Shown: one piece after another, positions 14,740 through 19,496 of the stretch
How the letters are laid out: every line of letters begins with the position of its first letter
How positions within the stretch are numbered: position 1 is the first letter of the stretch
From: an uncultured Thermoplasmata archaeon
Lineage (GTDB): Archaea; Thermoplasmatota; Thermoplasmata; RBG-16-68-12
DNA: 19,496 nucleotides
Assembly: GCA_963768855.1 (NCBI GenBank)
Contig: CAVYJM010000002.1
Coordinates: forward strand, 1 to 19,496
Direction of reading: 5' to 3'
Notes under the pieces: model-generated
Told to the model about the DNA's origin: nothing
Seen by the model: only the letters and a program-made list of their open reading frames with translations
The model's database searches: none
Position numbers and translations under genes: made by a program

Positions 14740-15423
14740 TCAGCCCGGAGGCGTGTCCGTCCCCTCGGCCGGAGGCAGCTCCTCCTCCACGCGCTGGGAG
14801 CGTTTCAGGAACTCGCCGGGGACCTCCTTCGTCGTGTAGACGGTCTTGCCGGCCTTCATGATCACGGTGCCCGCGGCCCGGGCCCCCTTCGCGTCGATCT
14901 CCAGGATCACGGGGGTCTGGATCCGAACGCGGCCAGCCTCCATCGCCGCCGCGAAGGTCGAGCTCAGGTGGACCATCTTGCGGTCCGAGGGGCGCAGTCC
15001 AGCCTCGAGGAGCAGATGGGACTCATCCTCCGTCGTCGGGTAGAAGAGAACGTCTGGGATCCCTTCCGTCGGCAGGTCCAGATCGATCTCCACCGAGTGT
15101 CCGTAGGTCGCCCGGATCTTGCCGTCCTCGAACTGGTACCGTCCCTTCGGGTCCGTCTCGATCAGGCCGATCACATGGTGGGGCCGGAGGAACTTGAACC
15201 GCTTGTTGCGGATCTGTGCCGCGGTCAGGAAATCGCGCAGGTCGACCCATCCGTGCGGGTCCATCTCGAGGCCGTACCGCTCCGGGAAGTGGCGCAGGAC
15301 GCCCGCCATGGTCCGGCCGAGGCTCTCGACCTCTTCGTCGTTCAGGAGGAACTTGCCCTCGTCGCCGCAGAGCGGGCACACCTCCGCGCGGAAATAGCCG
15401 TGGGAACGGCACTCCTTCAACAT
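14740..15423 (-). CDS. kptA: RNA 2'-phosphotransferase (KptA/Tpt1) with an archaeal N-terminal zinc finger
   Basis: C-x2-H-x7-C-x2-C N-terminus, LRHFP, GWV, IRATYGHS, LFYPT, VHLS, VYTTKEVP. Confidence 0.92.
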   Translation of the reverse strand: MLKECRSHGYFRAEVCPLCGDEGKFLLNDEEVESLGRTMAGVLRHFPERYGLEMDPHGWVDLRDFLTAAQIRNKRFKFLRPHHVIGLIETDPKGRYQFEDGKIRATYGHSVEIDLDLPTEGIPDVLFYPTTEDESHLLLEAGLRPSDRKMVHLSSTFAAAMEAGRVRIQTPVILEIDAKGARAAGTVIMKAGKTVYTTKEVPGEFLKRSQRVEEELPPAEGTDTPPG

Positions 15424-15466
15424 CGGGTTTCTCCCCCGGAATGCCGTGGTATTCTCCTGTGCGTTA

Positions 15467-16300
15467 TCAACCTTTGTCCTCCCAAGGAGGCAGGTCCGCC
15501 TCGTGGACGACGCGGAGCCCGCGTGCGGCGAGGCGGGTCTCCAGATCGCGCGCCTCCGGCTTGCCGAGGCTCTTGCGGTGCAGGTACGCGAGGCTCGCGC
15601 CCGGCGTGCGCTGGACGGCCTGCCCTAGGACCTCGTCCGGAAGTCCCTCCATGACGAGGCTGGGGATCAGGTGACCGAAGGCGATGCGGCGGGTCATGAC
15701 GAGGTCCGTGTGCCGGGGGGCGTAGTGGCCGCCTCCGATCCCGACCGCGACCGGCACGTCCAGCGGCCCGATCCCGAGGAGCGTCCGCGCGATGGCCTTG
15801 GACGCCTCGAGGTCGGCCCACTCCCGCTCCGTGCTCCCCTGTTCGATGTAGAACGTCGGCGTCTCGAGATAGGGACCGTGGTGGGTGGCCTCGAACGTGA
15901 CCTGGTACGGCAGGCCGCTCGCTTCCGTCCGGAGACGGCGGAGGGCAGCAGTCATCCAGAGCGGGGACGAAGGGACGAGCGATTGGGGATGTCCGCCGAA
16001 CTCCGCCTTCCCCGGGTTGCCCACCGGGTGGACGGTGAGGCTCGGGATGCGGCTCTCGGAGCGGTGCTTCGAGAGGTAGACCACGACTTCCGGCGGCGCC
16101 CCGAAGAAGTCGGTGAGGTCCCGGTCTAGGTGGTCACGATACAGGTGATCCTCGCGGATCGAGACGAGGACCATGTCCCCAACGCGGTGCGTCGGCGTGC
16201 CCTCGAAGGGGCGCTCCTCGGTCCAGGGGGCGAGGGTCCGCAAAGCCGTGCGTTGGTTCACGCTCGCTTCGTCAGCGTCGGATGCGACCAGGATCCGCAC
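15467..16300 (-). CDS. dtdA: D-aminoacyl-tRNA deacylase (archaeal DTD2/DtdA)
   Basis: LSKHRS, LTVHPVGN, FEATHHGP, FYIEQGSTEREW, GIGGGHYAP, FGHLIP. Likely GTG start is 16300; the listed start 16354 overlaps the divergent promoter. Confidence 0.92.
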   Translation of the reverse strand: MRILVASDADEASVNQRTALRTLAPWTEERPFEGTPTHRVGDMVLVSIREDHLYRDHLDRDLTDFFGAPPEVVVYLSKHRSESRIPSLTVHPVGNPGKAEFGGHPQSLVPSSPLWMTAALRRLRTEASGLPYQVTFEATHHGPYLETPTFYIEQGSTEREWADLEASKAIARTLLGIGPLDVPVAVGIGGGHYAPRHTDLVMTRRIAFGHLIPSLVMEGLPDEVLGQAVQRTPGASLAYLHRKSLGKPEARDLETRLAARGLRVVHEADLPPWEDKG

Positions 16301-16392
16301 GGCCTCCGGCAAGGAGTGCCAGTCCAAGAGGGTTCGCCTGGGCCCGGCGCACAAACTTTATGACCCCTCCAAGGGTACCGCGGCCGACGAGC

Positions 16393-16746
16393 ATGATGGA
16401 GATCGTTTTCCTCTCGTCCGTCCAGGGGTATCAGACGACCCGCGAGCGGGAGATCGCGGACCGGCTGAAGGCAGAGCGCCCGGACGTCAGCGTGCGCCTG
16501 GTGTCGCCCCAGGAGAGCGGTCCGCTCCTCACGAAGTACAAGCTGAAGTTCGGTCCCGCGGTCCTCATCAACAACCGCCTGGAGTTCGTCGGCGTTCCGA
16601 GGTACCGGATGCTCCTGGAACGGATCGAGATCTCGAAGCGCCGAGCTCTCGCGCCGCAGCCCACGGCCGCCGGCCCGGCGCCCGCGGCGACCCCGCCCGC
16701 TCCGAAACCCCCCGCGCCTGCGAAGCCGGCTGGACCCGGCGGCTAG
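16393..16746 (+). CDS. Small thioredoxin/glutaredoxin-fold-like protein without cysteines, with a Pro/Ala tail
   Basis: KYKLKFGPAVLINNRLEFVGVP resembles the cis-Pro strand of small thioredoxin-like proteins. TATA-like AAACTTTAT at 16353-16361 sits about 30 nt upstream of ATG 16393. Confidence 0.7.
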   Translation: MMEIVFLSSVQGYQTTREREIADRLKAERPDVSVRLVSPQESGPLLTKYKLKFGPAVLINNRLEFVGVPRYRMLLERIEISKRRALAPQPTAAGPAPAATPPAPKPPAPAKPAGPGG

Positions 16747-16864
16747 ACCGGAAGTGTCGGTACAAAGTTGAAATCCGTGGCCGGGATTCATCGGACCGGA
16801 GAATCGTTTGGAAGGCCCGTTCGCCGTGGGGAGGTCCAGCGGCACCGCTTGTTCTTCCGTGCCC

Positions 16865-16930
16865 CTTCTGGAAAGTTCTTCCACCACGAAAACTATAAGA
16901 CCGAACCCATCCATCGAATGTTCAGGGTTC
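16865..16930 (+). promoter_or_regulatory. hsp20 promoter (TATA ACTATAAG, about 16892-16899) with GAA/TTC elements
   Basis: cTTCtgGAAagTTCt at 16865-16879, CGAAAACTATAAG at 16887-16899, GAAtgTTC at 16916-16923, and GAACCC...GGGTTC inverted repeat (16903-16930). Confidence 0.55.
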
Positions 16931-16991
16931 GTGACTTCTCGAGGAGGACCGCGACCCCGGGGTCTAAGCGCAGAAGCATTGGACGGGCTCC

Positions 16992-17423
16992 ATGAGCACT
17001 GAAGACGAGTTCGAGGAGACGCGGCGCGCGATTCACCGCATGCTGAAGGACGCCTTCGAGGGCAAGCTCGGCGTGTTCCGCGAGCCGTTCATCTACGGGT
17101 TCACCGCGCGTTCCCGGGAGAACCGCCTCGAGCCGTCGCGCCCCGCGGTAGAGAATCCGGAGGTCATCACCCGCGACCCCCTCGTCGACGTCATGCTCAC
17201 GGAATCCGCAATCTACCTGACCGCGGAAATGTCCGGGGTGACGGGGGACGACGTGCGCGTCGGGTTCGACCAAGGGAAACTGACGATCCACGGCGAAGGG
17301 GAGCGGCGATACTTCTCCTCCGTCGACCTGCCTGCGGACGTGGACCCCGACACCCTAAAGCACACGTTCAAGAATGGGGTCCTCGATATCGTCATCGCGC
17401 GCAGGCGCTCCGCGCTGCCGTGA
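16992..17423 (+). CDS. hsp20: Small heat shock protein Hsp20 (alpha-crystallin domain), archaeal type
   Basis: PFIYGF N-terminal motif, DPLVDV, AEMSGV, LP..VDP...TFKNGVLDIVI. Confidence 0.92.
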   Translation: MSTEDEFEETRRAIHRMLKDAFEGKLGVFREPFIYGFTARSRENRLEPSRPAVENPEVITRDPLVDVMLTESAIYLTAEMSGVTGDDVRVGFDQGKLTIHGEGERRYFSSVDLPADVDPDTLKHTFKNGVLDIVIARRRSALP

Positions 17424-17685
17424 GGAGGACGAGCCCATCGATGCTCTTCACAAGGTCGACCAGAAGTTGCACCACCTTCGCCGCGTCGAGGCCGGATACC
17501 GGAAAACGATTCACAACGCCCGCGAGGCGATGAAGGAAAACTCGGCGGACCCGGTCAAGGCGGAGAAGAAGTTCAAGAAGGTCAAGGCGAAATACGAGCG
17601 GAAGCTCGAGAAGCTCCAGCCGAAGGTCAAGCAGCTCACGAGCCGTCGCGAGGAGCTCAAGGATCGCCACCCCGCGAAAGGCTAA
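17374..17685 (+). CDS. Small basic coiled-coil hypothetical protein; start uncertain
   Basis: Host-like codon usage and helical Lys/Glu-rich sequence run from 17422 (EEDEPIDALHKVDQKL...) to TAA 17683-17685. The only upstream ATG (17374) lies inside hsp20. Confidence 0.6.
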   Translation: MGSSISSSRAGAPRCREEDEPIDALHKVDQKLHHLRRVEAGYRKTIHNAREAMKENSADPVKAEKKFKKVKAKYERKLEKLQPKVKQLTSRREELKDRHPAKG

Positions 17686-17710
17686 GCCCCGGTAGCCCGT
17701 TCGCGGGACC

Positions 17711-18331
17711 GTGGTCCTCTCCGAGGCGGAGTGGCAGCAAGCCCTCGAGGCGACTGCGACGACGATTCGCGGGTGCACTCGCTGCCGTCTCCATGCGAAC
17801 CGCACGAACGCGGTCCCGGGGGACGGCGCGGTGGGCGCGGCCGTCCTCCTCCTCGGCGAGGCGCCCGGTCGGGACGAGGACGCCTCGGGGCGACCGTTCG
17901 TCGGGCGCGCGGGCCGGATCCTGGACGCGGCCCTGAAATCCGCCCGCCTTCCCAGGGAGTCCGTCTTCATCACGAACGTCGTCAAGTGCCGACCTCCGGA
18001 CAACCGCCGGCCCAAGCCCGATGAGGTCGCGGCCTGCCGGTCGTTCCTGATGGGCCAGATCGCGTGCGTGCGGCCGCGGGTGATCGTCACGCTCGGGGCG
18101 ACCGCCTTGCGGGGATTGATGGGACCCGGCTACGGGCTCAAGGCGGCCCGCGGCAAGCCCCTCCGGTTCGGGGAGCTGCCCGTCGTGGCGACCTACCACC
18201 CCGCGGCGGTTCTCTACAACCGAACTCTGGAGCGGCCCCTGCGCCGCGACCTGAGGAAGGTCGCGCGGGCGGTCGCCGATTCTTCCAGGCCGTCGGGGGC
18301 GAAGGGAAAGCCTAGCGGAAGAAGGTCTTGA
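17711..18331 (+). CDS. udg: Uracil-DNA glycosylase family 4 (4Fe-4S)
   Basis: C-x2-C cluster motif (CTRCRLH), GEAPG, GRPFVGRAG, NVVKCRPP, conserved Cys in EVAAC, TYHPAA. Confidence 0.93.
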   Translation: MVLSEAEWQQALEATATTIRGCTRCRLHANRTNAVPGDGAVGAAVLLLGEAPGRDEDASGRPFVGRAGRILDAALKSARLPRESVFITNVVKCRPPDNRRPKPDEVAACRSFLMGQIACVRPRVIVTLGATALRGLMGPGYGLKAARGKPLRFGELPVVATYHPAAVLYNRTLERPLRRDLRKVARAVADSSRPSGAKGKPSGRRS

Positions 18332-18728
18332 CCCGATCCAGCGGCCAGGCGTTCACGACGTCCGCGGCCGTCAGCCAGCCGCGCCTCGCCGTGCCGACGC
18401 CGAATCGCATCGAGGCGAGTTCCGCAGTCGAATGCGCGTCCGTGTCGACCGCGAGGACGCACCCGGCGGCCTTCGCGGCGCGGGCCTGGGAGCCCGTGAG
18501 GTCCATCCGGAGCGGTCCGGCATTGACCTCAATCGCAGTGCCGGTCCGCGCGCAGGCGGCGAACACCTCGTCGAAGTCGATCTGGATGGGCTCCCGCGAT
18601 CCGAGGAGGCGGGCCATCGGATGGGCCAGGACGCTGACGAACGGGTTCTCCACCGCCGACACGACGCGCTCGGTCATCTCCTTCCGCGGCAGCGTGAACT
18701 TCGAGTGGATCGAGGCCAGGACGTAATC
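18312..18728 (-). pseudogene. 3' fragment (about 138 aa) of a PHP domain, DNA polymerase X (PolX/YshC-like) type, 5'-truncated
   Basis: DYVLASIHS, LAHPMARLL, AIEVNAGP.R.DL, VDTDAHS, GVGTARRGWL...VVNAWPL. The sequence upstream of DYV no longer resembles PHP and has no plausible start. Confidence 0.82.
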
Positions 18729-19475
18729 GCGGCGGCGGCCGTACTGGTCACCGTAGCCGCCCTGCTGGTCGTGTACCGGCTGGAGGACGTCGACCTGTCG
18801 CAGGCGTGGTTCTACACCGCGCACACCTTCCTGGACAGCACCCCGGATTCGTGGCTCTCGCCGGAGTGCCAGGCAAATCCCACCGAGAACTGCCGCGAAG
18901 CGGATGGATTGGCGTATTTCGGGCCGGCGAACCTGCGCGATGGGGTGTTCGCACTGGCAATGAACCACCCGTTGACGACGGTGGCGAAATCAGCGCGCAG
19001 CGCGTGGGACAACGCCTGGATCCTGATTGGACCGAATCTCTCGACGTTTCCGGGCAGCGTCCCGTTCATCGTCCTGGTGCTGGCATTCGTGCAACCTGCG
19101 CGCGAGATGTACAGACGAATCCCGGCGGCGGTGTGGCTGGTGATCGTGGCGATTGCGCTTGAAAGTGTGCTGCCGCCATTGACCTGGGCGCCGCCGCATC
19201 CGCAGTACCACGTGGCGCTGGTCTTATCCATCACCTTGTTGCTGGTGCCGGTGCTGGTGGCGCTGGTGCGCACGCCGCGCGGTCGGCTGGTGGCGCTCGG
19301 CTTCATGGGTGCCAACATCGGACTGAGCGCATTCCGCTACACGCGGTATCCGGGCATTAGGCGAATGCTCCGACGGTCCTGGTTGGTCGTTCTCTTCGCG
19401 GTCCTCGCGTTCGCACAAACACTCGCCTATTACCTCTATTTGCGGGACGATCCTGGCAATTACAGCAATACGTAG
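18726..19475 (+). CDS. 5'-truncated polytopic membrane protein fragment of apparently foreign origin
   Basis: Open frame IAAAAVLVTVAALL...PGNYSNT*, with several TM helices and an extracellular-type CQANPTENC loop. Codon usage is CTG/GTG-dominated, unlike the host genes. The listed ATG 18432 is only antisense to the PHP fragment. Confidence 0.55.
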   Translation: MAAAAVLVTVAALLVVYRLEDVDLSQAWFYTAHTFLDSTPDSWLSPECQANPTENCREADGLAYFGPANLRDGVFALAMNHPLTTVAKSARSAWDNAWILIGPNLSTFPGSVPFIVLVLAFVQPAREMYRRIPAAVWLVIVAIALESVLPPLTWAPPHPQYHVALVLSITLLLVPVLVALVRTPRGRLVALGFMGANIGLSAFRYTRYPGIRRMLRRSWLVVLFAVLAFAQTLAYYLYLRDDPGNYSNT

Positions 19476-19496
19476 ACTGGTACCAAGTAGAGGACA

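Noticed and set aside
10972-15654. Long ORFs 10972..12567 (-), 12510..13598 (-) and 13933..15654 (+)
   Set aside because: Antisense shadows of purP, the antiporter and RDD/kptA.
18432-18725. N-terminal part of the 347-aa plus-strand ORF as its true start
   Set aside because: It is the exact antisense of the conserved PHP fragment, so it is a shadow fused to the foreign frame.
18729-18968. Upstream extension of the PHP ORF to 18968
   Set aside because: No PHP motifs; it is the antisense of the membrane-protein fragment.

Overview
This is a GC-rich archaeal chromosome segment, most likely from a high-GC Thermoplasmatota lineage. That placement is inferred from the class I LysRS, GfcR, PurP, DtdA, KptA and the tRNA-Gln(CTG) with a bulge-helix-bulge intron. 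Gene order: 5'-partial DUF885 protein; a Met/Gly-rich exported peptide and a membrane-anchored wHTH regulator separated by a TGAAAC operator-like array; small membrane proteins; gfcR; lysS; tRNA-Gln; an overlapping three-gene minus-strand operon (alkyl-DHAP-synthase-like FAD oxidase, GlpD-like dehydrogenase, DAG-kinase-like enzyme); MetE-like protein; purP; CaCA antiporter; RDD/zinc-ribbon protein; kptA; dtdA; a Cys-less thioredoxin-fold protein; hsp20; a coiled-coil ORF; family-4 UDG; and the 3' end of a PolX-type PHP domain. That PHP gene breaks at about 18728, where a start-less membrane-protein fragment with different codon usage begins on the other strand. The best candidates for undescribed biology are the putative copper-sensing Met-rich module (1535-2532), the archaeal ether/glycerolipid operon (5773-9960) and the HSE-like hsp20 promoter with a possible +1 frameshift fusion (16865-17685). 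I saw no CRISPR array, IS element or rRNA gene. All family calls come from motif recognition by eye; no database searches were run.
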